Shown here one piece after another: positions 23,595 to 36,500 of a DNA stretch of 64,000 nt. Every line of letters starts with the position of its first letter. Within the stretch, counting starts at the first letter, position 1. A program made the position numbers and the translations under genes. This DNA comes from Macrostomum lignano. Taxonomy: Eukaryota. Where the stretch lies: the NCBI GenBank assembly GCA_002269645.1, contig NIVC01002789.1:1-64000 (forward strand), given 5' to 3'. The notes beneath the pieces were generated by a model. The model was not told the origin of the DNA. It saw only the letters and a program-made list of their open reading frames with translations, and made no database searches.

Positions 23595-24368
23595 GCGACT
23601 TCTTTCGCTCTTTTTGCGACTCGAGAAGCGAGCACTTTGAGCACGGGTTTTCTTTTTTCTATTGGCAGCTGCATCTTCGCCATGAGCGGAAGAACGCTGG
23701 TCCTCAGTCTGCTTCAGTTTCCGCTGCTGACTCAGCGGGCGCTGCTGGTGCGTGGCGACTGCTTTCTGTTGCTTCTGCTGCTGCCCGGCCTTTGAAGCCT
23801 GCGGAGCAACCTGCGCCTGTCTGGCGCGCCTGCCTGGCGACTTCCCGGACACTGACACTGTCTTATTCGACTTTGTCACTGCGCCATCCAGCTGGCCGGA
23901 CCTCTTGGGCGGTGAGTACATGTACACCAGCGGGCGGGCGCCGCTTCTCAGCGAGACGGAGCTGCTGAAGGCGCTGCTGCCGCCGCCGCGGCTCTCCTGC
24001 TCGAAGTTCGGCTTCTGTTGAGCTTGAGAGCCGACTGCTTCCTGCTCAGCTCTGCTTTCACCGTTTGGCGACTGTTGACTTCCATCATTTCCTATCCGGT
24101 TATCGCTAGAGCTTTGTCTGATCTTGCCGCCAACTGGGCTGCTGGACTCATTCTCTTTGACCTCGGCAGCGGCTCTGGTTTCGGTTTGGTCCTCGCTGCT
24201 GCTAACAGTTTCTTTTGTCATGGTGGCCTCGCTGCCGCCACCGCTGCTGCTAAGTCGATCCGCGCTTTTCAAGCTGCTGCTGCTCTCGCTGGTGTTTGAC
24301 ATTGACGGGTCAGCGGGCTTGGCGTCTGTTGGCGACGGCGAGGCCGCCGCTTCGTTATTAGCAGGCAT
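20276..24368 (-). CDS. Uncharacterised Ser/Arg/Gln-rich protein, ~673 aa. Exons 24368-23450, 23366-23243, 22870-22786, 22699-22587, 22253-22023, 20825-20276
   Basis: Six GC-rich exons join through GT-AG sites with phases 1,2,0,2,2 into one open frame of 2022 nt. The donor at 23243 (gttcgg) is weak. No family recognised. Confidence 0.65.
20870..22000. repeat. 25 bp minisatellite filling the last intron of the orphan gene
   Basis: Unit gttgttgttagtcagaaatgtgcca (variant ...tcaggcttgtgcca), ~45 copies. Confidence 0.97.
22335..22586. repeat. 20/17 bp minisatellite starting at the intron donor site
   Basis: Unit cagctcaccagcatagcact, ~13 copies; gene strand reads ctg|GTGAGCtgagtgctatg. Confidence 0.93.
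22965..23090. repeat. 22 bp intronic minisatellite
   Basis: tgtgctatcagttacgtcatat, ~5 copies. Confidence 0.88.
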
Positions 24369-24944
24369 CGCTTGGCCAGGTAGCCGCTAGCGCACCGGCC
24401 GCCATACACATTGGCCACTCATATTTAGCAGCTCACAAATTAGAGGCAGATGTGAAAACACAGCAACGCCCCCCCCCCCCCCGGCTGTCTCTTGGCTACC
24501 AAACCGGCAGCTGTACTCTCGTAAGAAGCCGAAAACAAGAGACGAAAGACGAGATGAGCAGCGGCTATTGTAACCACGACAGGCGGTGGACTTCATGCAA
24601 GCAGTGGCTCTGTTCTATTCTTTCTGTTCAAGCCGTATGGCTGCTAATACTGCAGGACTTTAAAAATAGAAATACATTAATAGAACCCTGCCTTCTTTTG
24701 CTGGCAAATGGCGCAAGTGTGCACTGTGAAGTGTAGGCTCTTCCATGCAATAATTGAGTGAGTGGGCATCAGTACTAGAAATTAAATGCAGTTGAAATGG
24801 AGACTTGCACTCCAAATAGGGCGCTGCTGCATAGGTCTGATCCATAGCCCTGCCTTGAGAACAGATAATTATGAGAAGCTCAAGCCAAACTTGTCTCCAT
24901 TACAACCCTAATCTAATAAGCTAGGGAGCCTACATTAACAGAAA

Positions 24945-27500
24945 TATCACTGACAGACACATCACTGACAGACACATCACTGAAAGACACATCACTGAAA
25001 GACACATCACTGAAAGACAAATCACTGACAGACACATCACTGACAGACACATCAGACAGACAAATCACTGACAGACAAATCAGACAGACACATCACTGAA
25101 AGACACATCACTGAAAGACACATCACTGAAAGACACATCACTGACAGACACATCACTGAAAGACAAATCACTGACAGACACATCACTGAAAGACACATCA
25201 CTGAAAGACACATCACTGAAAGACACATCACTGAAAGACACATCACTGAAAGACACATCACTGAAAGACACATCACTGAAAGACACATCACTGAAAGACA
25301 CATCACTGAAAGACACATCACTGAAAGACAAATCACTGACAGACACATCACTGACAGACACATCACTGAAAGACAAATCACTGAAAGACACATCACTGAC
25401 AGACACATCACTGAAAGACACATCACTGAAAGACACATCACTGAAAGACAAATCACTGACAGACACATCACTGACAGACAAATCACTGAAAGACAAATCA
25501 CTGACAGACACATCACTGACAGACACATCACTGAAAGACACATCACTGACAGACACATCACTGAAAGACACATCACTGACAGACACATCAGACAGACACA
25601 TCACTGAAAGACACATCACTGAAAGACACATCAGACAGACACATCACTGACAGACACATCACTGAAAGACAAATCAGACAGACACATCACTGACAGACAC
25701 ATCACTGAAAGACACATCAGACAGACACATCACTGACAGACACATCACTGACAGACACATCACTGAAAGACAAATCAGACAGACACATCAGACAGACACA
25801 TCACTGACAGACACATCACTGAAAGACACATCAGACAGACACATCACTGACAGACACATCACTGAAAGACACATCAGACAGACACATCACTGACAGACAC
25901 ATCACTGACAGACACATCACTGACAGACACATCACTGAAAGACACATCAGACAGACACATCACTGACAGACAAATCACTGAAAGACACATCAGACAGACA
26001 CATCACTGACAGACACATCACTGAAAGACAAATCAGACAGACACATCACTGAAAGACAAATCACTGAAAGACACATCACTGACAGACACATCACTGAAAG
26101 ACACATCACTGAAAGACACATCACTGAAAGACAAATCACTGACAGACACATCACTGACAGACACATCACTGAAAGACAAATCACTGAAAGACACATCACT
26201 GACAGACACATCACTGAAAGACACATCACTGAAAGACACATCACTGAAAGACAAATCACTGACAGACACATCACTGACAGACACATCACTGACAGACACA
26301 TCACTGACAGACACATCACTGACAGACAAATCACTGACAGACAAATCACTGACAGACACATCAGACAGACACATCACTGACAGACAAATCACTGAAAGAC
26401 AAATCACTGACAGACACATCACTGACAGACACATCACTGAAAGACACATCACTGACAGACACATCACTGAAAGACACATCACTGACAGACACATCAGACA
26501 GACACATCACTGAAAGACACATCACTGAAAGACACATCAGACAGACACATCACTGACAGACACATCACTGAAAGACAAATCAGACAGACACATCACTGAC
26601 AGACACATCACTGAAAGACACATCAGACAGACACATCACTGACAGACACATCACTGACAGACACATCACTGACAGACACATCACTGAAAGACACATCAGA
26701 CAGACACATCACTGACAGACACATCACTGAAAGACCCATCAGACAGACACATCACTGACAGACACATCACTGAAAGACACATCAGACAGACACATCACTG
26801 ACAGACACATCACTGAAAGACAAATCAGACAGACACATCACTGACAGACAAATCAGACAGACACATCACTGAAAGACACATCAGACAGACACATCACTGA
26901 CAGACACATCACTGAAAGACACATCAGACAGACACATCACTGACAGACACATCACTGACAGACACATCACTGACAGACACATCACTGAAAGACACATCAC
27001 TGACAGACACATCACTGAAAGACAAATCAGACAGACACATCACTGACAGACAAATCAGACAGACACATCACTGACAGACAAATCAGACAGACACATCACT
27101 GACAGACAAATCAGACAGACACATCACTGACAGACAAATCAGACAGACACATCACTGACAGACAAATCAGACAGACACATCACTGACAGACAAATCAGAC
27201 AGACACATCACTGACAGACAAATCAGACAGACACATCACTGACAGACACATCACTGACAGACACATCACTGACAGACACATCACTGAAAGACACATCAGA
27301 CAGACACATCACTGACAGACACATCACTGAAAGACAAATCAGACAGACACATCACTGACAGACAAATCAGACAGACACATCACTGACAGACAAATCAGAC
27401 AGACACATCACTGACAGACAAATCAGACAGACACATCACTGACAGACAAATCAGACAGACACATCACTGACAGACAAATCAGACAGACACATCACTGACA
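24945..27500. repeat. 15/13 bp minisatellite array, ~2.5 kb
   Basis: acacatcactga(a/c)ag with shorter acacatcagacag variants; alternation into a 28 bp dimer near the right end. Confidence 0.98.
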
Positions 27501-28254
27501 ATGTAAAAAGAACAAACCCGTGAAGCAGTCAGTATCTCAATTTATGACTTGAGACTGAGTTTCAGTCCGTACAAAAGCATTACCTTACCTTAATTAACAT
27601 AAGCTTTTAAGGATTCATCTGCACTATTAAAATATGTCAATATTATATTAGAAAAACTTCAGATTCAATTCAAAACAAGATTTAAAAAATTAATTATAGG
27701 CTTGTATTAAACAGAAAGTGGCCAAGAAGATTAGAGGATGAAAAAGGATAACAGGACATTGGGAAGAATTTTACCTAGAGCTGCAAAGAGATTTTCCCAC
27801 ATTACTCCCACGCTGACATCCCAACTCACGGGGGGAATACGGCAGTCTTCCCGGCAGTTTACCGCGTGGATTGAGTAGAGAAATGCAATTAATGTGTCGC
27901 CTCGTATAAAATAGAGTTAACTATAATTAATAAGGCATTGAGTCCTGATTAATACTATGACTGGCAGCGGAGCTTATAGCCAGGTTTAAACAGAGATTAA
28001 CCGTAGCAAAATGGAAGCTTTATTAGAGTTGTTTAAGTGTACGACCGTATCGTATCAGCTATCGTCAAGATTAAGTAAAACAGCAGTGAACTACGAGTGT
28101 TCAGCACGAAATTATGGTCGGTAAAAAATCAGAATTTCGAGACGCTAGCCTAACCCGATACTGGAACATGGACTACTGACTCCAATCCATGGAATAGCAG
28201 CGCCAATCCAGATACTTATGCATTTATAGCACCTTGAAAATACAATTAGAGTCC

Positions 28255-28520
28255 AAGGACTACCAATTAAGTTTAGGGACTACCAATCGAGCTCAGGGAC
28301 TATCAATGGAGTTCAGGGACTACCAATCGAGCCCAGGGACTACCAATTAAGTCCAGGGACTACCAATCAAGTGTAGGGACTACCTATTGAATCCAAGGAC
28401 AACAAATCAAGTCTAGGGACTACCAATGAGACCAGGGACCACCAGTTAAATCCAGGGACTACCAATCGAGCCCAGGGACTACCAATCGAGCCCAGGGACT
28501 ACCAATTAAGTCCAGGTATT
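28255..28520. repeat. ~21 bp degenerate minisatellite 3' of 4E-BP
   Basis: agggactaccaatc.ag.cc repeated ~12 times. Confidence 0.85.
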
Positions 28521-28703
28521 ACCGCTCCACTTCAGAGGACTTTACAATACTCTAATTTCTGAACTATGAATTCATCAAGTTCAGGGACTATCAATCCAAT
28601 CCGTGGTTAGAAACCCAATGAAAGCAAAAATTTCCCGAAGTCAACTGGAAAATCTGCATGTTAAAAAAAGCAGTCAACAGGGACCCAACGAGATTATCCA
28701 GGG

Positions 28704-29187
28704 TCAAACATCGATGTGAAATTCTGTAGCACCCCCGGCACCGCCGTCGCCATCTTTTCTTGGCGTTTTCCCCTCGCCGGCGGCGTCGCAGTCGCCATTG
28801 ACAACGGCCGGATTGAACTCGGCCTCGGCCTCTTCATCAGCCTCAGCCGGGCAGGTGACTCCCGGAATGCGGGCCACGTGAACTGGCGGCGTCCTGGCCA
28901 GCGGGCTGTCGCGCCTGCTCAGCAGGAACTCCCGGTCGTACACAATCCTGGTGCCGCCCGGAGTGGTGCTGAAGATGGTGCCGCCGGGCGTCTGCGAGTA
29001 GTCGCGGGGCAGCTGCGAGCCGCTGGTGACTCGGACGCGACGCACCATGGGGATGCCGCCGCTGCTGGTCTCGTTGCCGTTCACCTCCTGGTTGGAGGAG
29101 TTCAGAGGACATCAAAGTAGAAACAGATGCCAGAGGACAGGAGTTGACAAGTGCAAAAATTTTACTCACTGGACCCTTGTTTGACAT
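28704..29187 (-). CDS. EIF4EBP: eIF4E-binding protein (4E-BP), 133 aa. Exons 29187-29170 and 29087-28704
   Basis: [27 protein letters not shown] (YxxxxL-phi), [10 protein letters not shown]-terminal TOS-like FHIDV*. Mini-exon MSNKGP|gtgagt joins ccaaccag|GAG in phase 0. Confidence 0.95.
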
Positions 29188-30619
29188 GGCTGACTGGTTG
29201 ATGAGCAGATGGGCTTGTGAGATTGTAAAAGTTGCTCTGAATGCGCTGGAATGAGTTTTGACAGTGAGAACATTTACATAATTGCCAGTTAAGCTTAACA
29301 GTTATACAGTTGCATTCCTATTCGTTTTGGAGAACTTTTTGAAATAAATAGTATTTTGAGCAAAATGATGCAATAATTAGCTTATGAGCATTTATTTTAC
29401 TTTTAGAGAAACATTTGTTTACTTTTCAAGCAGTTTTTATATCCAAATTGATACCCTTGGCGCATATTGATTCAACCTGTTTATGGACTTGTTTAGTTTA
29501 TAGACAATACGAGTATATTGGTAAGTATTATTATTATTAAAGCTTTGTTTTATTTTACTCATGACAGCATATGGTAAGAGCTCGTATTTCGAGCGTATAT
29601 TATATTATAGAAAAGACAGACACAATGCTTCACAGCCTCAGCCTCTAGGCCTTATTGACAATTAATTCAAACTTCATCACTTTGGCTAGACAGCAAGGCA
29701 GCCCTTCAATTCAAGTTATTGTGCAAGTTGCTCAATATAGCAGTACATACTTGTATACAAGGTTTCTTCTAACAAAGATAGACCCTATGCTACAGACTGC
29801 TAAAGTGCTTTGTGCTGGTGCAAGTAAATCTTATTCAATTGAGTCAAACTTAAAAGCCTTGATGCAGCAAAATTGAGCATTAAAGAAAAATTTTTGCATT
29901 TAGAATCTCCAGTTTTTGGAGCTGGTCTGAACTGCCACAACCGGCAACACAACTAGCTGTCCAATTATTGTTTGCAATGACTTGGTGGGACTCATTGCTC
30001 ACATTGCTTAGCAACACAGCTTCAACAACTTTCAGTTTACTAGGTCTTGATGATGGTGACAGATTTTTTCAAGTTTGCATTTCAATAGTTGGCTCAAATA
30101 AAAAGTATGAAATCAGTGCTCAAAAAGCCACTATCAGTAAAAAAAATTGACACAAGTGTCAAGATCTCGTTGTTTGCAATTGTCAAATGTCCCTAACCCG
30201 ACCGAAAATATGTCCTTTCAAAAACAGTTAGTGTGCCAGTTGTGCCACAATATGCCCTTTGACAGAGTTATAAATGTATTTGTAAGTCATTTTGGCACAC
30301 TTGATACAATTGTACCAATTGTGCGATAGCTATGCCACTAGCAATCTAGCGCCCCCTTCGGGGGCCAATAAGCAAGGGACGAATCCTTTAAAATGAAAAA
30401 AAATTCTTAGGGAGGGGGCTAGGAATCGAATTCTCATTTTAATTCCAGGCTTATGTACCAATTTGCAGAATTGACATAAATTCAACCATACTTGCCTTCT
30501 TTCAGCTAATAGTACGCTACCACCTAGACATAATCCCCCCCCCACAAGCCTTAACATATCAACTCCTTGACATCTCAGCGATGCTCAGCCTTGAAATCTT
30601 AAAAAATCTGTCTACTTTC

Positions 30620-30649
30620 TAACCCTAACCCTAACCCTAACCCTAACCC
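30620..30649 (-). repeat. Interstitial telomere-type repeat (TTAGGG)5
   Basis: Five exact taaccc units on the plus strand. Confidence 0.9.
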
Positions 30650-31589
30650 TAAAGCATTGAAATTTCAGTAATTCTCTCTAAGAGTCTATAGCACTACTAC
30701 AGCATTATAGCGATTCCCTGCAAGCCTCGACATCGTAGGGATTCCCAAATGAATCTCTTAACTTCGACATGAAGCTTCTTTTTTTTTACATTACGCTTTT
30801 TCTATCAGCGATCCCTCCCGTGAGGAGCCAACAAATAATGTAATAACTTTTTTCCAATAAACTACATGTAGCTTCTGACATTAGCCTTGACATCTCATTT
30901 ATTCCCCGTGAGCCTTGACATCTCAGCTATAGATAGATAGATATATAGATTCCCCTCGTAAGCCTTGACATGTCAGCGATGCCCCCATAAACCTTGAAAT
31001 CTAAAAAATCCCCTGTTAACCTTGAAACGCGCTAAAATCTAACCCTCAACCCAAACCTGACGTAAACCTAACTTTCACCCAACCTAAAGCCTTGAAATCA
31101 CAGCAATTCTTCTTCCCTAAGCCTTGGCATTTAAGTGATTCCTTCTTTAAGAATCACAGCACTATAACGATTCCCTCCAAGCTTTGACATCGTAGCAATT
31201 CCCAAATGAATCTTTTAACTTTGACATCTTTTATTTTATGTATACATAGTGCTCCTTTTATTTTTACATGACTCTTCTTTATTAAGCCAACAAAGAATGC
31301 AATAAAAAAAGCTTAAGTAAAGTACATGTACTTTGAAGTAGCTTCTGACTTTTGCTTTAACATCTCAGAAACCCCCCTGTAATCTCAGTTATTCTCTGTG
31401 AGCCTTGACGTCTCAGTGATTCTCCCCAGCACAGCACTATAGCTTCATTTAATTTTTATGACACTTGTTTCATGTCTGACATGACGCTTCTTTTGATTTT
31501 TACGTTACGCTTCTTTTATTCTTCCATGATGCTTCTTAATTTTTTAAATGACACACTTTCATTAGTTTTTATATGAGGCTTCTATGATT

Positions 31590-32900
31590 TTTTCATGACG
31601 CTTCTATGTTAACATGACGCTTCTATGCTTGTTTACATGACGCTTTTATGATTGTTTACATGACGCTTCTATGATTGTTTACATGACGCTTGTATGATTG
31701 TTTACATGACGCTTCTATGATTTTTTACATGACGCTTCTATGATTTTTACATGACGCTTCTATGATTTTTACATGACGCTTCTATGATTTTTTCATGACG
31801 CTTCTATGATTTTTACATGACGCTTCTATGATTTTTACATGACGCTTCTATGATTTTTTACATGACGCTTCTATGATTGTTTACATGACGCTTCTATGAT
31901 TGTTTACATGACGCTTCTATGATTTTTTATGACGCTTTTATGATTTTAACATGACGCTTCTATGATTTTTTACATGACGCTTCTATGATTGTTTACATGA
32001 CGCTTGTATGATTGTTTACATGACGCTTCTATGATTTTAACATGACGCTTCTATGATTGTTTACATGACGCTTCTATGATTTTTACATGACGCTTCTATG
32101 ATTTTTTCATGACGCTTCTATGATTTTTACATGACGCTTCTATGATTGTTTACATGACGCATCTATGATTTTTACATGACGCTTCTATGATTTTTTACAT
32201 GACGCTTCTATGATTGTTTACATGACGCATCTATGATTTTTACATGACGCTTCTATGATTTTTACATGACGCTTCTATGATTGTTTACATGACGCTTGTA
32301 TGATTGTTTACATGACGCTTCTATGATTTTTTATGACGCTTTTATGATTTTAACATGACGCTTCTATGATTTTTACATGACGCTTCTATGATTGTTTACA
32401 TGACGCTTGTATGATTGTTTACATGACGCTTGTATGATTTTAACATGACGCTTCTATGATTGTTTGCATGACGCTTCTATGATTTTTTTATGACGCTTTT
32501 ATGATTTTAACATGACGCTTCTATGATTTTTTTACATGACGCTTCTATGATTGTTTACATGACGCTTGTATGATTGTTTACATGACGCTTTTATGATTTT
32601 AACATGACGCTTCTATGATTTTTTTATGACGCTTTTCTGATTTCAACATGACGCTTCTATGATTTTTTTACATGACGCTTCTATGATTGTTTACATGACG
32701 CTTGTATGATTGTTTACATGACGCTTTTATGATTTTAAATGACGCTTCTATGATTGTTTACATGACGCTTCTATGATTTTTACATGACGCTTCTATGATT
32801 TTTACATGACGCTTCTATGATTTTTACATGACGCTTCTATGATTTTTACATGACGCTTCTATGATTGTTTACATGACGCTTGTATGATTGTTTACATGAC
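31590..32900. repeat. 22-24 bp minisatellite
   Basis: acatgacgcttctatgatt(g/t)ttt, ~55 copies. Confidence 0.97.
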
Positions 32901-32962
32901 GCTTCCATATTTTTTTTGTCTTGGCGTTAAAAAGCTTTAATTAAAAAAACTCTACTCTCTAA

Positions 32963-33019
32963 AAATTCGAACCATCGTCCCTGCATTTAGCAGTTTAGTC
33001 TGTTTACCTCTAGGCTAGC
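32963..33019 (-). other. tRNA-derived (SINE-head-like) segment; related copies at ~38379-38442 and ~40368-40425
   Basis: Minus strand has an A-box-like tagcctaga, a gactgctaa loop resembling tRNA-Ser(GCT), a B-box ggttcgaat and downstream T-runs. No complete cloverleaf. Confidence 0.6.
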
Positions 33020-33179
33020 TCTCATGAATTTTAGTCATTAACTAGCAATCTTCGCCCCCGATGGGGACATCTAGATAGAATCTCTGTTCTCTACAAGTAT
33101 CAATAAGATAACCAAACAAAGCCTTCACATAGTCAATAGAAAAACTGCTCAGATGAAGTGCAATGCAAAAAGAAAACAT

Positions 33180-33540
33180 CCTAAGACAGCAAGCATCCCC
33201 TCAGATAGCAAGCACCTCCAGATAGCAAGCACCCCCCCAGATAGCAGGCACCCCCAGTTAGCAAGCACCCCCCAGATAGCAGGCACCCCCAGATAGCAGG
33301 CACATCCAGATAGCAGGCACCCCCAGATAGCAAGCACCCCCAGATAGCAAGCACCCCCAGATAGCAGGCACCCCAGATAGCAGGCACCCCCAGATAGCAA
33401 GCACTTCCAGATAGCAAGCACCCCCAGATAGCAAGCACTTCCAGATAGCAAGCACCCCCAGATAGCAAGCACCACCAGATAGCAAGCACCCCCAGATAGC
33501 AGGCGCTCCCAGATAGCAAGCACCCCCAGATAGCAAGCGA
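33180..33540. repeat. ~19-21 bp minisatellite cagatagcaagcacccc; same family at 38945-39190
   Basis: Both arrays begin with cc(t/c)aagacagcaagcatcccc. Confidence 0.93.
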
Positions 33541-36500
33541 CATGGTGGCTTTTTACTGTTCGACATGGTGGCTCTTTAATGTTTGACATGGTGGCTCTTT
33601 AATGTTCGAAATGGTGGCTCTTTAATGTTTGACATAAAGTCACATACATGTTTGACATGGTGGCTCTTTAATGTTTTACATGGTGGCTCTTTAATGTTTG
33701 ACATAAAGTCACATACATGTTTGACATGGTGGCTCTTTAATGTTTTACATGGTGGCTCTTTAATGTTTGACATGGTGGTTCTTTAATGTTCGACATGGTG
33801 GTTATTTAATGTTTGACATGGTGGCTCTTTAATGTTCGACATGGTGGCTCTTTAATGTTCTACATGGTGGCCCTTTAATGTTCGACTTGGTGGCTCTTTA
33901 CTGTTAGACATGGTGGCTCTTTAATGTTCGATATGGTGGCACTTTAATGTTTGACATCATGCCAGATTTATGTTTGACATGGTGGCTCTTTAATGTTCGA
34001 CATGGTGGCTCCTTTAGATTTGACATAATGGCTCTTTAATGTTTGACATGGTGGCTCTTTAATGTTCGATATGGTGGCTCTTTTATGTTTGACATGGTGG
34101 CTCTTTAATGTTTCACATGGTGGCTCTTTAATGTTTCACATGGTGGCTCTTTAATGTTTAACATGGTGGCTCTTTAATGTTCTTCATGATGTAGCTCTTT
34201 TATGTTACACATAGTGGCACTTTAACGTTCGACATGGTGGCTCTTTAATGTTTGACATAAAGTCACATATATGTTTGACATGGTGGCTCTTAAATGTTTG
34301 ACATGGTGGCTCTTAAATGTTTGACATGGTGGCTCTTAAATGTTTGACATGGTGGCTCTTAAATGTTTGACATGGTGGCTCTTTAATGTTTAACATGGTG
34401 GCTCTTTAATGTTCTTCATGATGTAGCTCTTTTATGTTACACATAGTGGCACTTTAACGTTCGACATTGTGGCTCTTTAATGTTTGACATAAAGTCACAT
34501 ATATGTTTGACATGGTGGCTCTTAAATGTTTGACATGGTGGCTCTTAAATGTTTGACATGGTGGCTCTTAAATGTTTGACATGGTGGCTCTTAAATGTTT
34601 GACATGGTGGCTCTTTTATGTTCGACATGGTGGCTCTTTAATGTTTCACATGGTGGCTCTTTAATATTCTACATGGTGGCTCTTTTATGTTTGACATGGT
34701 GGCTCTTTAATGTTCTTCATGGTATAGCTCTTTTATGGTAGACATAGTGGCTCTTTAATGTTTGACAATGTGGCTCTTTAATGTTTGACATGGTGGCTCT
34801 TTAATGTTTGACATAAAGTCACATATATGTTTGACATGGTGCCTCTTGAATGTTCAACATGGTGGATCTTTTTTGTTCTACATTATGTTTGATACGGTGG
34901 CTTTTTTATGTCTGACATGTTGGCTCTTTAATGTTCGACATGGTGGCTCTTTAATGTTCGACATGGTGGCTCTTTAATGTTCAAAATGGTGGCTCTTTAA
35001 TGTTTGACATGGTGGCTCTTTTATGTTTGACATGGTGGCTCTTTAATGTTTGGCATGGTGGCTCTTTTATGTTTGACATGGTAACTTTTTAATGTTTGAT
35101 ATGTAGGCTCTTTAATGTTTGACATGGTGGCTCTTTAATGTTCCACATGGTGGCTCTTCTATGTTTGATATGGGGGGCTCTTTAATTTTTGACATGGTGG
35201 CTCCTTAATGTTCCACATGGTGGCTCTTTAATGTTGCACATGGAGTCATATATGCTTGACATGGTGGCTCTTCTATGTTTGATATGGTGGCTCTTTAATG
35301 TTCGACATGGTGGCTCTTTTATGTTTGACATGGTGGCTCTTTAATGTTCAACATGGTGGCTCTAATATTTGACATGGTGGCTCTTTAATGTTTGACATGG
35401 TGGCTCTTTTATGTTTGACATGGTGGCTCTTTAATGTTTGACATGGTGGCTCTTTAATGTTTGGCATGGTGGCTCTTTTATGTTCAACATGGTGGCTCTA
35501 ATGTTTGACATGGTGGCTCTTTTATGTTTAACATGGTGGCTCTTTTATGTTTGACATGGTGGCTCTTTAATGTTTGGCATGGTGGATCTTTAATGTTTGA
35601 CATGGAGTAATGTATATGCTTGACGTGGTTCTTTTATGGTTGACATGGTGGCTTTTTTATGTTTGACATGGCGGCTCTTTTATGTTTGGCATGGTGGATC
35701 TTTAATGTTTGACATGGAGTAATGTATATGCTTGACGTGGTGGTTCTTTTATGGTTGACATGGTGGCTTTTTTATGTTTGACATGGCGGCTCTTTTATGT
35801 TTGGCATGGTGGCTCTTTGATGTTCGACATGGTAGCTCAATAATGTTCGACATGGTGGCTTTTTAATGTTTGACATGGTAGTTCTTTTATGTTTGATATG
35901 GTGGCTCTTTTATGTTTGGCATGGTGGCTCTTTAATGTCTGACATGGTGGCTCAATAATGTTCAACATGGTGGCTCTTTAATGTTTGACATGGTAACTTT
36001 TTAATGTTTGATATGTAGGCTCTTTAATGTTTGACATGGTGGCTCTTTAATGTTCCACATGGTGGCTCTTCTATGTTCGATATGGGGGGCTCTTTAATTT
36101 TTGACATGGTGGCTCCTTAATGTTCCACATGGTGGCTCTTTAATGTTGGACATGGAGTCATATATGCTTGACATGGTGGCTCTTCTATGTTTGATATGGT
36201 GGCTCTTTAATGTTCGACATGGTGGCTCTTTTATGTTTGACATGGTGGCTCTTTAATGTTCAACATGGTGGCTCTAATGTTTGACATGGTGGCTCTTTTA
36301 TGTTTAACATGGTGGCTCTTTTATGTTTGACATGGTGGATCTTTAATGTTTGACATGGAGTAATGTATATGCTTGACGTGGTGGTTCTTTTATGGTTGAC
36401 ATGGTGGCTTTTTTATGTTTGACATGGCGGCTCTTTTATGTTTGGCATGGTGGCTCTTTGATGTTCGACATGGTGGCTCAATAATGTTTGACATGGTGGC

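Noticed and set aside
24945-27500. MCLSV/DVSFS repeat ORFs
   Set aside because: 15 bp satellite artefacts
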